Notes: generated from the letters alone by a model not told the origin. A stretch of 37,802 bases of DNA from Candidatus Hydrogenedentota bacterium (GCA_035367355.1 DAOSJS010000002.1:1-37802); one strand, 5' to 3'; positions 1 through 9,417 are shown, counted from the first letter of the stretch. Made by a program: numbers and translations.

Positions 1-5
1 ATCCT

Positions 6-563
6 GTGGTGAGTCCGCAACGGGGGTCCTACTCCAATCCGGCCTACGCCGCCCTGTTGCCGGAGCAGGTCGCGGACATCTTCGCCATCATGCGGAAGGC
101 TGTTCCGCCGCGCATCGAGCGCAGCCAGTTTCTTGCTCTGCTCCCGATGTTTCCGCTCCTGGAGGCGCAATGGCATTCAGGCAAGGTGCCCCGGGAGGTT
201 GCCGTGCCCGCCATGAGCGCCCTGTCGGACATTATTCGCCATGCGGCGGTGATCGAACAGGCGTTCGACGAGCCGTTTGTGCAGCCGCTTCAAGACACGC
301 TGGCCACCTGCACAGAGTTCCAGCAGGATTTCCTGACGCGTGCGGAAGCACCGCCTGAGACGCGTGCGCGGGCCGACTGGCTGCTCGCCGAAGTGACGCG
401 GCTGGCGGAAGAGGCGAAGCATCTCAATGAAACAGACAGGACCATCGAGGCCAACGCCATAGCGTCGCTGGCGAAATGGCGCGCACACGCATTGAACGCG
501 ACTCTGAACTACGTGGCGCCTGCGGAAGAGGCCGCGGTAGAATCCAGCTCGGGCACGTCCTGA
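6..563 (+). CDS. hypothetical protein, possibly 5'-truncated by the window edge
   Basis: Open frame from the window start (no upstream stop in frame; the listed GTG at 6 may be internal). It ends 14 nt before pfkA on the same strand. No recognisable motif; Ala/Glu/Leu-rich, helical-looking composition. Confidence 0.5.
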   Translation: MVSPQRGSYSNPAYAALLPEQVADIFAIMRKAVPPRIERSQFLALLPMFPLLEAQWHSGKVPREVAVPAMSALSDIIRHAAVIEQAFDEPFVQPLQDTLATCTEFQQDFLTRAEAPPETRARADWLLAEVTRLAEEAKHLNETDRTIEANAIASLAKWRAHALNATLNYVAPAEEAAVESSSGTS

Positions 564-577
564 ACAAGGAAACAGAT

Positions 578-1549
578 ATGAAGCGGATAGGAGTGTTGAC
601 AAGCGGTGGAGATGCGCCGGGCATGAACGCGGCGATCCGGGCTGTGGTGCGCGCGGGTGCGTACTATGACTTGCAGGTCTTCGGCATCCAGCGGGGTTAC
701 CAGGGGCTGATCGACGGCCATGTGTTTGAAATGGGGCCGCGGTCCGTCAGCGGGATCATCAACCGGGGGGGAACGATCCTGCGCACGGCCCGGTGCCAGG
801 CCTTTTTCGAGAAAGACGGCCGCACCCAGGCGGCCGACACGCTCCGGAAACACCACATCGATGGGCTGGTCGTGATCGGAGGCGACGGTTCGTACCGGGG
901 CGCACTGGCCCTGTACGAAGAGCACGGTATCGCCTGTATCGGCCTGCCCGGAACCATCGACAACGACATTGGCGGAACCGATTACAGCATCGGCTACGAT
1001 ACGGCGCTGAACGTGGCGCTGGAAGCGATCGACCGCATCCGCGACACCGCGGAATCCCATGAACGCATCTTTTTCGTGGAGGTGATGGGCCGGAACAGCG
1101 GCTACCTGGCCATGATGAGCGGCATCGCCGGCGGCGCCGAGGAGATCCTCGTGCCGGAGACGCCGACCAGCATAGAAACCCTCGTTGAACATATACACGC
1201 CTACCGGGCCAAGGGAAAGCAGTCGGCCATTATCGTGGTCGCGGAAGGGGACGAGCTGGGTGATGCGATCCAGGTCGCCAAACAGGTGGATGCCCTGGCC
1301 AAGATCCCCAACAGCCGGGTCGTGGTGATCGGCCATCTGCAACGCGGAGGCACGCCGACGGCGTTTGACCGTATCCTGGCCAGCCGCCTGGGCGTGCGTG
1401 CCGTGGAAGCGCTGCGCGAAGGCGTGACCGGGAAAATGGTGGGCATTTCAACGGACGGCGTTGTGCTGCGTCCGCTGCAGGAGGCTTGGGAATGCCGCAC
1501 GCAGTTCGACCCGAAACTGGCGCGAATCGCCCACATTCTCGCATCATAG
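578..1549 (+). CDS. pfkA: ATP-dependent 6-phosphofructokinase
   Basis: ORF 476..1549 trimmed to ATG 578, with an AAGGAAA SD just upstream. The N-terminus MKRIGVLTSGGDAPGMNAAIR is the canonical PFK start. Motifs GGDGS, LPGTIDND and VMGRNSGYLA are present. Gly in GGDGS and in PGT (rather than Asp/Lys) is the established signature of ATP- rather than PPi-dependent PFK. Confidence 0.93.
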   Translation: MKRIGVLTSGGDAPGMNAAIRAVVRAGAYYDLQVFGIQRGYQGLIDGHVFEMGPRSVSGIINRGGTILRTARCQAFFEKDGRTQAADTLRKHHIDGLVVIGGDGSYRGALALYEEHGIACIGLPGTIDNDIGGTDYSIGYDTALNVALEAIDRIRDTAESHERIFFVEVMGRNSGYLAMMSGIAGGAEEILVPETPTSIETLVEHIHAYRAKGKQSAIIVVAEGDELGDAIQVAKQVDALAKIPNSRVVVIGHLQRGGTPTAFDRILASRLGVRAVEALREGVTGKMVGISTDGVVLRPLQEAWECRTQFDPKLARIAHILAS

Positions 1550-1587
1550 CCCCGGAGCCGCCGCGGCTGGCCTGAGGGGCCTGCTCA

Positions 1588-2754
1588 TTACAGAGGTGCT
1601 TCGTAAATCCGCCAGGTTTTGTAGTGCCGGGCGGCAAACGATTCGCCGGCGCTGATGATGAGGGCATTGGTTTCCAGCAGCCAGGAGACCTCGACAAAAT
1701 CAAATTGCTCCGTCTGGCGAACATGACGCAGGGCGTCGCGGTACAACACGGCATCGAGTCCGGAGCGGCGGTACGGTTCTTTGATGCCAAGCAGGGTGAC
1801 CCGCCCGCGCCGGGTGCGGTGCTTGTTGCGGAACAGCCGGGCCACACGCACAAAATCCAGCCTGCCGAACGCGCTGCCGTTGGTCTTGATGCAGTCGTAG
1901 ATGTCGGGCAGGATCAGGAAAAACGCTGCCGCTTCATCATGGACATATCCGAGGAGCGCGATCCCTGATTTGACGATCGTACGGAGCTTATCGGCGGTCA
2001 GGTTGAATTCCTCTTCCGTGAAGGCCGTCGCGCCCCAGTTATCTTTCCAGGCGTCGTTATAAATAGAGCGGATGAGCTTTCTTTCTTCCGCGAGGTTGGA
2101 GAAGTCGAGGGGGCGCGTCCACAGGCCGTTGCGGCGGGCCATGCGCTCGGCGATCTTGTTGATGCGTTCCATGAGCCGGGGATCGGCCGCGCCGTTGGTA
2201 AAATCCAGTTTTTGGGCGATGACGTCCATGGCTTTGTACATGCCGTAGCGGTCCAGCAAGTCAGCGTAATAGGGGTAATTGCTCGCGGTCTCATAATACG
2301 GCAGCGTGTCAAAGGCGTTGAGCTGGATTCCGACGATTTCGTTGGTAGAGAAACTCATGGGGCCGAGGAGGGTGGTCATGCCCCGTGCCTTGCCCCAGGC
2401 CGCCACTCGATCCAGCAGCGCCCTGGCAACCTCAAACTCGTTGATCACCTCCCAGAATCCGAAAATGACCGCCCTGGCGTTCTGCTGCTCGTTATAGCGC
2501 TGGTTGATACAACCCGCGATGCGTCCCACGACTTTGCCGTCGCGTTCCGCGAGGAAATACACCACCTCGGCATGCTTGTGGAAGGGGTGTTTGTCCGTGA
2601 GCAGGCCTTTTTCGCCCAGGAGCCGGTTGCCGAGCAGATCCATGTTCAGCGGGGGCACGTAGTACGGGTGGTCCTTGTAGTGGTCCCAATGGAACTGGAC
2701 GAATCTTTTCAGTAGCCTGTAATTTCCGGGTCCGAACTCGATAAGGTTGATCAA
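1588..2754 (-). CDS. large GNAT-fold-like N-acyltransferase family protein, function unknown
   Basis: 388-aa ORF convergent with pfkA. TTG start at 2754 is preceded by GGGGAG 6 nt upstream. The sequence resembles, from memory, the ~380-aa two-lobed acyl-CoA N-acyltransferase-like hypothetical family. There is no catalytic-motif proof. Confidence 0.65.
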   Translation of the reverse strand: MINLIEFGPGNYRLLKRFVQFHWDHYKDHPYYVPPLNMDLLGNRLLGEKGLLTDKHPFHKHAEVVYFLAERDGKVVGRIAGCINQRYNEQQNARAVIFGFWEVINEFEVARALLDRVAAWGKARGMTTLLGPMSFSTNEIVGIQLNAFDTLPYYETASNYPYYADLLDRYGMYKAMDVIAQKLDFTNGAADPRLMERINKIAERMARRNGLWTRPLDFSNLAEERKLIRSIYNDAWKDNWGATAFTEEEFNLTADKLRTIVKSGIALLGYVHDEAAAFFLILPDIYDCIKTNGSAFGRLDFVRVARLFRNKHRTRRGRVTLLGIKEPYRRSGLDAVLYRDALRHVRQTEQFDFVEVSWLLETNALIISAGESFAARHYKTWRIYEAPL

Positions 2755-3207
2755 CAGAAATCTCCCCGGAACCTCAACGCATGGTTGATGGGAGGGAAAA
2801 TGCTGCGGGGGGACGCGCGTCGAGCAGTACAGCCTGCGCTGTCCGCCGTCTACAGCCTTTCAGCACCGTATGCCTGCCACATACTACCCCGCATCGGCGC
2901 CTTCGTTACCGTATACGCCCCGCCACGCCGCCAGACTCCCCGAGGAGCCTGGTCGCGTGCCCTCATTTTTCCAGTTGCTGCCTGGCCGACACCGAATAGA
3001 AGCGGTATGGTCGCCCATCCGGCAGGGGAATGTCAAGGACAAGCAGCTCACGAATTTTTATTGAATTCTTCAGGGGAGGTGCGGGAAAAGAGTGCCAACG
3101 GCGTTTTTCTGCAGGCCACTGGAGCCGTGTGCCCGGCTGGCGCCCGGGATTCACAGCCCAGCGCCTGATTCGTGTATGGATAGGCCGGCAAACCCGGACA
3201 GCCTATG

Positions 3208-4188
3208 TTACTTGCTCAGCGGATTGAGGATGTTTTGGATCTCGGGCTCGTCGAAGTTTTCCATGCTGACGACGGTCACGCCGGTGTCGATACGTTTTTC
3301 GACGGGGCGGCCTTCCAGGTGGTCCACGGCGGCTTTCACGCCTTCGTATCCCATCTTATAGGGATTTTGAACGACGAGCGCCTGGATGACGCCTTCCTTG
3401 AGCGCGGCGATTTCTTCGTCGGAGGCATCAAACGCCACAAGCTTGATCTCGCCGGCCTTGCCATCGGCGCGCAGGGCCTGTGCTGCCCCGATGGCGCCGC
3501 CTTCGTTGGCCGCGAAGATGCCCGCGAGATTGGGATTGGCGGTGATCATGTCCTGCGTTACGTTCATGCCCTTGGCAGCGTCGCTGTCGCTGTAGAGGGT
3601 GGCTACGAGTCTGATGCCGGGGATTTCAGCGATGGCTTCCTTGAATCCCTGTTCGCGCATTTCGGAGGTGGCGGCGCCCTTCACAAAGGGGATGAGCCCG
3701 ACTTCGCCCTCGCCGCCGATGAGCCGGGCAAGCTCCTGGCCGGCAGCGCGCGCGCCCGCTACGTTGTCGGTGGCGACGAATGACACGGGATCATCGGATT
3801 TGACCCCGGAATCGATCGTCACCACGGGGATTCCTGCGTCTTTGGCCCGCCGCACGACATCAATCATGGCGCTTTCGTCGCAGGCCGCCATAACAAGGGC
3901 ATCGACCTCCATGGTGATGAAGTCTTCGATGATGTTGAGTTGCTTGACGACCTCGGTTTCCTTGTCGGGCCCTTTCCAGTACATGTGCACGTTCAAGGCC
4001 CGGGCGGCATCCTCGGCTCCGGCCTTCACGGTAAGCCAGAAATCGTGGGTGGTACCCTTGGGGATGACCGCGATAGTGTACCGGGCGCCGCTGGCTGTGC
4101 CCTGGCCGGGGTCCGTGCTCTGCGCGGCCTGTTTCCCGCACCCGAGCACCAGAACGGCGCTCAACAGTGCCAATGTGATGCGTTTCAT
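3208..4188 (-). CDS. sugar ABC transporter substrate-binding lipoprotein (ribose/galactose-type PBP)
   Basis: Lipoprotein signal MKRITLALLSAVLVLGC (lipobox LGC). Type-I periplasmic binding protein pattern: IAVIPKG, VDALVMA, IPVVTIDS, FVATDN, KLVAFD. Starts 13 nt after the permease stop. Confidence 0.9.
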   Translation of the reverse strand: MKRITLALLSAVLVLGCGKQAAQSTDPGQGTASGARYTIAVIPKGTTHDFWLTVKAGAEDAARALNVHMYWKGPDKETEVVKQLNIIEDFITMEVDALVMAACDESAMIDVVRRAKDAGIPVVTIDSGVKSDDPVSFVATDNVAGARAAGQELARLIGGEGEVGLIPFVKGAATSEMREQGFKEAIAEIPGIRLVATLYSDSDAAKGMNVTQDMITANPNLAGIFAANEGGAIGAAQALRADGKAGEIKLVAFDASDEEIAALKEGVIQALVVQNPYKMGYEGVKAAVDHLEGRPVEKRIDTGVTVVSMENFDEPEIQNILNPLSK

Positions 4189-4201
4189 GTTCTCCGCGCT
4201 C

Positions 4202-5155
4202 CTATTCTTTCAGCAGCCCTGATTTACGCTTACGGTAGGTGTCATACGCGACGAGCGCAATGACCAGCGAACCCACCAGTATTTTCTGCCAATCTGTCTC
4301 AATGTGCAAGAGATTGCAGAGATTCACGAGGATCTGCATGATCAGCGTGCCGGCCAGTGCACCGATGACGGTGCCCTCGCCGCCCATCAGGCTCGCGCCG
4401 CCGATCACGCAGGCGGCCACGGCTTCCAGCTCGTACCCTTCCGCGGCGGTAGGCGCCGCGATATCCACCCGCGACGTCTCCACGATCCCCGCGAACCCGG
4501 CCAGCAGGGCGCACAGGACAAAGACCCACATGCGGTCGCGGTGCACTGGAATGCCCGACAAGCGGGCGCTCTGGCTGTTGCCGCCAATGGCGTAGACCGC
4601 CCGGCCAAACCGCGTCGCGAGCAGGAGGATCGTCAGGAGCGCCACAATGAACAGCATGAACGAGACGGGAATGTACCATCCGCGCGTGCCCCCCAGGTAG
4701 GCGAACCGGTCGGGGAATCCCCGGACCGGAACGCCTCCCGTAATGACAAGTGCGGCGCCCCGGGCGATCATCATCATGCCCAGACTGGAGATAAACGCCG
4801 GGATTTTGCCATAGGCTGTCGCGAATCCGCAGAGGACGCCGCACAGGGTGGCCACTGCGAGCCCCGCGGCGATGCCCACGCTGACGGAGGCGGGAAGGCT
4901 CCGCGATTCCATGGCTTTTATGGTTTTGGCGTTCACAACGCCGCTGAGAGCCGCCACGCTGCCGACCGACAGATCAATGCCGCCCGTGAGGATCACCAGC
5001 GTCTGTCCTGAGGCCATGATGCCGAACACCGGGGTGCGGTAGGCCACCTTCTTCAGGTTGCCGGGCTTGCGGAAGTTCGGCATGAGTGCGGCGATCAGAA
5101 GACACAGCACCGCCAGGATCACCAGCGGCGAGTGTTTGGCCAAAAACCGTTTCAT
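4202..5155 (-). CDS. sugar ABC transporter permease (RbsC/AraH-type)
   Basis: 317 aa, multi-TM hydrophobic profile, with the hallmark TGGIDLSVGS motif of ribose/xylose-type ABC permeases. Its start lies 1 nt after the stop of the upstream oxidoreductase. Confidence 0.9.
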   Translation of the reverse strand: MKRFLAKHSPLVILAVLCLLIAALMPNFRKPGNLKKVAYRTPVFGIMASGQTLVILTGGIDLSVGSVAALSGVVNAKTIKAMESRSLPASVSVGIAAGLAVATLCGVLCGFATAYGKIPAFISSLGMMMIARGAALVITGGVPVRGFPDRFAYLGGTRGWYIPVSFMLFIVALLTILLLATRFGRAVYAIGGNSQSARLSGIPVHRDRMWVFVLCALLAGFAGIVETSRVDIAAPTAAEGYELEAVAACVIGGASLMGGEGTVIGALAGTLIMQILVNLCNLLHIETDWQKILVGSLVIALVAYDTYRKRKSGLLKE

Positions 5156-5156
5156 G

Positions 5157-6185
5157 TTATTTCAGCGGCAGAGTGATGGGTTTGCCTTCCAGGCCGGAGA
5201 GGTCTGCCGCGAGGCAGATTTCATGGCTGATGAAGGCATCCGCGGCGTTGCAGTGCGATTCCCGGTCCTCCGCGATGCAGTCGAGCAGATGCGCCACTTC
5301 AAGGGAGAACGGGTGGTGGGTCACGTCACCGCTGTCGGGCAGCACCGTGGGGATCGTGGCCCAGCCGGTCTGCCCGGGGAATTTCTTCTTGGAGTAGAGC
5401 TGGTTGTTCTTGATGCTGCCGAGCGTGCCGACCAGATTGATGTTGAACACGTAGGGCTGGGTGCATTCGATGCATGAGGTCACCTTGCCGATGCGGCCGT
5501 CGGCGAATTTCAGCATCGTGCAGGTGGTGGGATCGTACTCGTATTCCTTGAAGTCGAAGGCTTTGCCAAACGTCGAATACTGGCAGACTTCGGCCACCTC
5601 ACCGCCCATGAACCAGCGAAGGCCGTCCAGCGCGTGGCAGCCGGCGGCGAGCAGCGAGCTGCCGCCCACCTCGCGCTTGACGTTCCAGGAATACAGCTTG
5701 TACCAGGGGCCGACGCCGTGGAAATAGTCCACCTCGCCCAGAAACACGTCGCCGATGGCGTTGTCGGCGATGAGAGATTTAATGATCTCGTACAGAGGGT
5801 TCCAGCGAAGCACAAAACTGATGACGGATTTGATCCCGGCCTTTGCCACGGCGTCGCGGATGGTGCGGCAATCTTCGATGTTGAGCGCCATGGGCTTTTC
5901 GAGGATGAGGTGTTTGCCCGCCTGCGCCGCCGCGACCGCATGCTCCGTGTGGAGATTGGGAGGCGATGCGACGACCACGATGTCGATATCATCTCGCGCG
6001 GCCATCTTTTCATAATCGGTGTAGACATCGCAGGTCACGCCGAATTCCTGCGCCTTGGCCTGGGCGCCCTCTTTGGTGCGCGAGCAAATGGCGCGCAATT
6101 CGGTGCTGGGGTTGGTCGTAAAGGCCCGAATATACTCTCCGGCGACCCAGCCGCTGCCAATAATTGCTGCTCCAAGTTTTTCCAT
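5157..6185 (-). CDS. Gfo/Idh/MocA family NAD(P)-dependent oxidoreductase (cytoplasmic)
   Basis: ORF 5157..6263 trimmed to ATG 6185, which has a GGGAG SD upstream and the N-terminus MEKLGAAIIGSGWVAGEY (Rossmann start). The family EKP motif (LILEKPMAL) is present. First gene of the operon with the permease and binding protein. Confidence 0.85.
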   Translation of the reverse strand: MEKLGAAIIGSGWVAGEYIRAFTTNPSTELRAICSRTKEGAQAKAQEFGVTCDVYTDYEKMAARDDIDIVVVASPPNLHTEHAVAAAQAGKHLILEKPMALNIEDCRTIRDAVAKAGIKSVISFVLRWNPLYEIIKSLIADNAIGDVFLGEVDYFHGVGPWYKLYSWNVKREVGGSSLLAAGCHALDGLRWFMGGEVAEVCQYSTFGKAFDFKEYEYDPTTCTMLKFADGRIGKVTSCIECTQPYVFNINLVGTLGSIKNNQLYSKKKFPGQTGWATIPTVLPDSGDVTHHPFSLEVAHLLDCIAEDRESHCNAADAFISHEICLAADLSGLEGKPITLPLK

Positions 6186-6526
6186 CGTATTTCGCTCCCT
6201 TGTGAGGCCGTTGGCCTGATGCTGTTCCCACTCCGGGTCCGCAGCGCAGCCTGCGGCCCGCATCTCGAAGGACGCCAGCGTTTTCCGTCGCGTGTACGCG
6301 TTGTACGCGGCGAAACCGGCTTCCAGGGCACGAGGGCCAGCCGGGCGCCGTCGCGGCGCAATTCACGTTCATTCCAACAGCGGCATCCCCAAGCGGCCAT
6401 TGTAGACACAATGAACCGGTTCGCGCAAAAAACGGCGCCCGCCGAGTGCGGCAGTCGCATTTTTTCCACGCACCGGGCCCTCCGGCCGAAGCGAATTCTG
6501 CGGGCGGATGAGGCATCGCATTGCAT

Positions 6527-6556
6527 TTGACTCAGACCGGATACATGATCTATACT
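6527..6556 (+). promoter_or_regulatory. candidate sigma70-type promoter for the rpmH cluster
   Basis: TTGACT (6527-6532), 18-nt spacer, TATACT (6551-6556), in an AT-richer patch about 100 nt upstream of rpmH. Confidence 0.4.
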
Positions 6557-6660
6557 TGCCTACTGTTTACACGTGAACACCGGCGAGGATGGTGGCCATA
6601 TCGCATTCCGGCGGTATGAGTTACACATGCAAAACCCTGTGGCTCGCCGAGGAGAGAGTA

Positions 6661-6795
6661 GTGAAACGTACTTTTCAACCATCGAATATCAGGCGAAAAC
6701 GGAATCATGGATTTCGCGCGCGCATGGCCACGGCAGGAGGGCGAAATGTAATCCGCCGTCGCCGGCAGAAAGGCCGGAAACGGCTCAGCGCATAA
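6661..6795 (+). CDS. rpmH: 50S ribosomal protein L34
   Basis: GTG start at 6661 with a GGAGAG SD. The product (M)[43 protein letters not shown] is an unmistakable L34. Confidence 0.93.
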   Translation: MKRTFQPSNIRRKRNHGFRARMATAGGRNVIRRRRQKGRKRLSA

Positions 6796-6818
6796 AGAGT
6801 ACGAGTGATGAGCCTGTT

Positions 6819-7175
6819 GTGCCGGGCCAGAACAAGTTCCCCCGTCGGGAACGGCTCACCAGACAATCCGAATACCTCGATGTATACCGGAATGGTGAAA
6901 AACAGGTGGGCCGCGCGTTTATCTGCTACGCGGTCCGGCGGCACGGGCAGGGGCGGAAACTGGGTATCGCCGTATCGCGAAAAGTTGGCAAAGCCGTGGT
7001 CCGCAACCGTCTCAAGCGTTACATACGCGAGACTTACCGAACCCACCGCGCACACCTAGCCGAAGACGCGCACATCGTGTTCGTCGCACGGCCAGCCGCG
7101 GCGGCTCTTGACTATGCGGCGTGTGAACACGCGATACGACAGCTTCTCCGAAAGGGAGGGCTGCTGGGTGGCTAA
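6819..7175 (+). CDS. rnpA: ribonuclease P protein component
   Basis: Immediately downstream of rpmH. The conserved RNR motif ([13 protein letters not shown]) is present. There is no in-frame ATG after the rpmH stop, so I take GTG 6819, giving about 118 aa (typical size). The exact start is uncertain. Confidence 0.82.
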   Translation: MPGQNKFPRRERLTRQSEYLDVYRNGEKQVGRAFICYAVRRHGQGRKLGIAVSRKVGKAVVRNRLKRYIRETYRTHRAHLAEDAHIVFVARPAAAALDYAACEHAIRQLLRKGGLLGG

Positions 7176-7389
7176 GGTGTTGGTAGTGCTTATCCGCGGT
7201 TACCAATACGGCATCTCACCTCTTCTGTCAGCCATCCTGGGACCCAGTTGCCGGTTTACGCCCAGTTGTTCCCAATACGCCATCGAGGCACTGGAACGAT
7301 ACGGCGTCATACGAGGCGTCGGCTACGCCATACGGCGAATCGCGCGATGCCATCCCTGCAGTCGCGGTGGATACGACCCCGTCCCGTAA
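7168..7389 (+). CDS. yidD: membrane protein insertion efficiency factor YidD
   Basis: Conserved [14 protein letters not shown] and [12 protein letters not shown] motifs. GTG 7168 overlaps the rnpA stop (GTGGCTAA). Confidence 0.88.
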   Translation: MAKVLVVLIRGYQYGISPLLSAILGPSCRFTPSCSQYAIEALERYGVIRGVGYAIRRIARCHPCSRGGYDPVP

Positions 7390-7482
7390 ACGCCAGGCTC
7401 GTCCAACCCAGGAGCCCCCGGGCCCTCGTGCCGGAAAGGGTGCGGCGTATCGCGAGGAGCGATCCGCCAGGGAGAACACAGG

Positions 7483-9417
7483 GTGGATGACAATCAAGAC
7501 CAGGGGTTGATGAAAAACCAGATGCTCGGCATCATCCTGATGACCGTATTGGTCGTCATCTGGTTGAATTATTTCATGCAACGCCCTGCCGTCGGCCCCG
7601 AGCCGGCCGCGCCCGAAGTCCAGACCGCGCCGGGAGCGTCTCTGCCCGAACACAGCGAGGACGGCGCTGCGCCGGCTGACGGAACGGACGCCGCTTCCGC
7701 CTGGCCCGAGCTGCCGCCTGTGCCCGAGTCCGTCCTGCCCGAGGACGAAGTCACTATCGAGAACGGCCAGCTCCGCCTCGTCTTCACCCGGATCGGCGCA
7801 CGCCTGAAACGCGCCGAGGTTATCCTCGACAAAGACGGCAACGACGTCGTTGAACTCGTCCCGCGTTCCGACCGGCCCGACACCGACACGATCTATCCGC
7901 TTGGCTTATGGTTCGCCGCCCAGCAGGAGCTTGGCGATCGCCTCAATTACCGCCGCTTTGACGCGATCATCGATCCGTCCGGTCAGGCGGTGACCTTTAC
8001 CCTGGCCTCCCCGGTGCTGGCCGTCACCAAATCATTTGCGCTCACCGACACGCCATTTCTCGTGGACGCCAGTGTACGCATCGAAAACCGGGAGGACGCC
8101 GGCCGCCGGTTCGGCCTGGACCAGACCCCGGCCTACCTTTTCGCGTGGGCTCCCGATGTCGACTCCCCCGACAAGACCAAGGGCGTCGGCCAGACCATTG
8201 TTATCCGCAGTGAGAATCACAACGAGTACCAGGATACCCGGAAGCTCAAGGCAGGCAATCCAGGGTGGACGGTGCCCGGCGCCGACTGGATCGCGGTCAA
8301 GGGCGCCTATTTTGTGGTGGCGCTGAAGCACCTGGCCGGGGAGACTATTGGCGCTCAGTCCGGCAACGCATTTTACCGAGGCGTCGCGGGCGACCTCACC
8401 GCGGGCATCACCGTTCCGCGCATGGAAATTGCTGCCAATTCCGCCGATACACAGGCGTTCCGTGTGTACATCGGCCCGAGCCGGCTCGACTCCCTTGCGG
8501 CGGCCTGGCCCACGCTCGACACCGCGCCTCGGTTCTTTCTGAGCGATACCTGGGCCTTTATGGACAAGTTCGCCAAGTTTCTGCTGCGCCTGCTCAACCT
8601 GTTTTATTCGTGGATTCCAAACTACGGCATTGCCATCATCCTGCTCACCGTGCTTGTGCGTCTTGCGATGCTGCCGCTGACGGTCAAGAGCATGAAGAGC
8701 ATGAAGAAAATGCAGCAGCTTGCCCCGGAAATTGAAAAACTTCGTGAAAAATACAAGGAGGACCAGCAAGAGCTCAACAAACGCATGATGGAGATGTATC
8801 GGGAACGCGGCGTGAATCCCGTGGGTGGTTGCCTGCCGCTATTCCTGCAGATGCCCATTTTCATCGCGCTCTACCGGATGTTGTGGAGCGCGTACGAACT
8901 CCGTGGCGCACCGTTCATGCTGTGGATCACGGACCTGTCCCAGCCGGACCATCTCTTTCATCTCCCGAATTTGACCGCGCTGCCGATGGTGGGCCAGCAT
9001 CTCGAATACTTCAACCTGCTGCCGATCCTCATGGCCCTGGCCATGCTGGTCAGCCAGAAGGTGTTGCCGCAACCCGGCGCCGCCGCCAATCCTCAGCAGA
9101 AAACCATGATGACCATCATGCCGGTCTTCTTCGCGTTCGTCTGCTACCGCGTCGCGTCCGGCCTGAACCTCTACATCCTGGTCAGCACCCTGCTTGGCAT
9201 TGTGCAGCAGACTTTCACCCGCATGCAGAAAGACGTCGATGTGACCCCAGACAAGCTCAAGGCTCCGCGTAAGCGCCAACATTTCTACAAGGCCGCGCAG
9301 GAACGCAAGCGCCGCATCGCCAAAGAAGCCGAGGCCGCGGCACGCAAGAGCCGCGCAACCCGTGTCACGGGCGCCGAAAAAGAACCCAAAAACGCGCCCC
9401 GGACGGACGAACGGTAG
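7483..9417 (+). CDS. yidC: membrane protein insertase YidC (Gram-negative type with large periplasmic P1 domain and basic C-tail)
   Basis: N-terminal TM segment followed by a ~330-aa periplasmic domain. Conserved 60-kDa insertase core: PLTVKSMKSMKKMQQLAPEIEKLREKYK, GVNPVGGCLPLFLQMPIFIALY. GTG 7483 follows GGGAGAA; ATG at 7510 is an alternative start. Confidence 0.93.
   Translation: MDDNQDQGLMKNQMLGIILMTVLVVIWLNYFMQRPAVGPEPAAPEVQTAPGASLPEHSEDGAAPADGTDAASAWPELPPVPESVLPEDEVTIENGQLRLVFTRIGARLKRAEVILDKDGNDVVELVPRSDRPDTDTIYPLGLWFAAQQELGDRLNYRRFDAIIDPSGQAVTFTLASPVLAVTKSFALTDTPFLVDASVRIENREDAGRRFGLDQTPAYLFAWAPDVDSPDKTKGVGQTIVIRSENHNEYQDTRKLKAGNPGWTVPGADWIAVKGAYFVVALKHLAGETIGAQSGNAFYRGVAGDLTAGITVPRMEIAANSADTQAFRVYIGPSRLDSLAAAWPTLDTAPRFFLSDTWAFMDKFAKFLLRLLNLFYSWIPNYGIAIILLTVLVRLAMLPLTVKSMKSMKKMQQLAPEIEKLREKYKEDQQELNKRMMEMYRERGVNPVGGCLPLFLQMPIFIALYRMLWSAYELRGAPFMLWITDLSQPDHLFHLPNLTALPMVGQHLEYFNLLPILMALAMLVSQKVLPQPGAAANPQQKTMMTIMPVFFAFVCYRVASGLNLYILVSTLLGIVQQTFTRMQKDVDVTPDKLKAPRKRQHFYKAAQERKRRIAKEAEAAARKSRATRVTGAEKEPKNAPRTDER

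Noticed and set aside
476-577. N-terminal extensions of several track ORFs: pfkA from 476, oxidoreductase to 6263, Tat enzyme to 17003, SDR to 19469, CBS from 20836, sucA from 22135, mnmE from 10583, lipoprotein from 16757, and GH-like genes to 29787 and 33932
   Set aside because: In each case an internal start codon with a good SD yields the canonical family N-terminus or a signal peptide. The extension is Arg/Gly-rich, lacks an SD, or overlaps the upstream gene or promoter.
1550-1587. GC-rich nested palindrome (GCCCC...AGCCGC-C-GCGGCT...GGGGC) between convergent pfkA and the GNAT-like gene, considered as a bidirectional terminator
   Set aside because: No U-run follows on either strand, and the inner stem has an impossible 1-nt loop. 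It is too weak to call.
3111-3160. GCCACTG string and nearby CCCGG/CCGGG stem, reminiscent of a cobalamin-riboswitch B12-box fragment
   Set aside because: It is only a 7-mer, without the rest of the conserved core. No downstream plus-strand gene exists for it to regulate.
2781-3227. Small plus- and minus-strand ORFs (62-127 aa) in the 450-nt gap between the GNAT-like gene and the binding-protein gene
   Set aside because: They overlap one another in several frames, have no SD, and have Pro/Arg/Ala-rich composition. The region most likely holds the GNAT-like gene promoter and the end of the ABC operon transcript.
6186-6660. Possible oriC / dnaA-proximal region upstream of rpmH
   Set aside because: rpmH often lies next to dnaA and oriC. 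Here the divergent neighbour is a sugar-transport operon. I find no cluster of TTATCCACA-like DnaA boxes (only a 2-mismatch ttttccacg) and no AT-rich unwinding element. The region is better explained as two divergent promoters.
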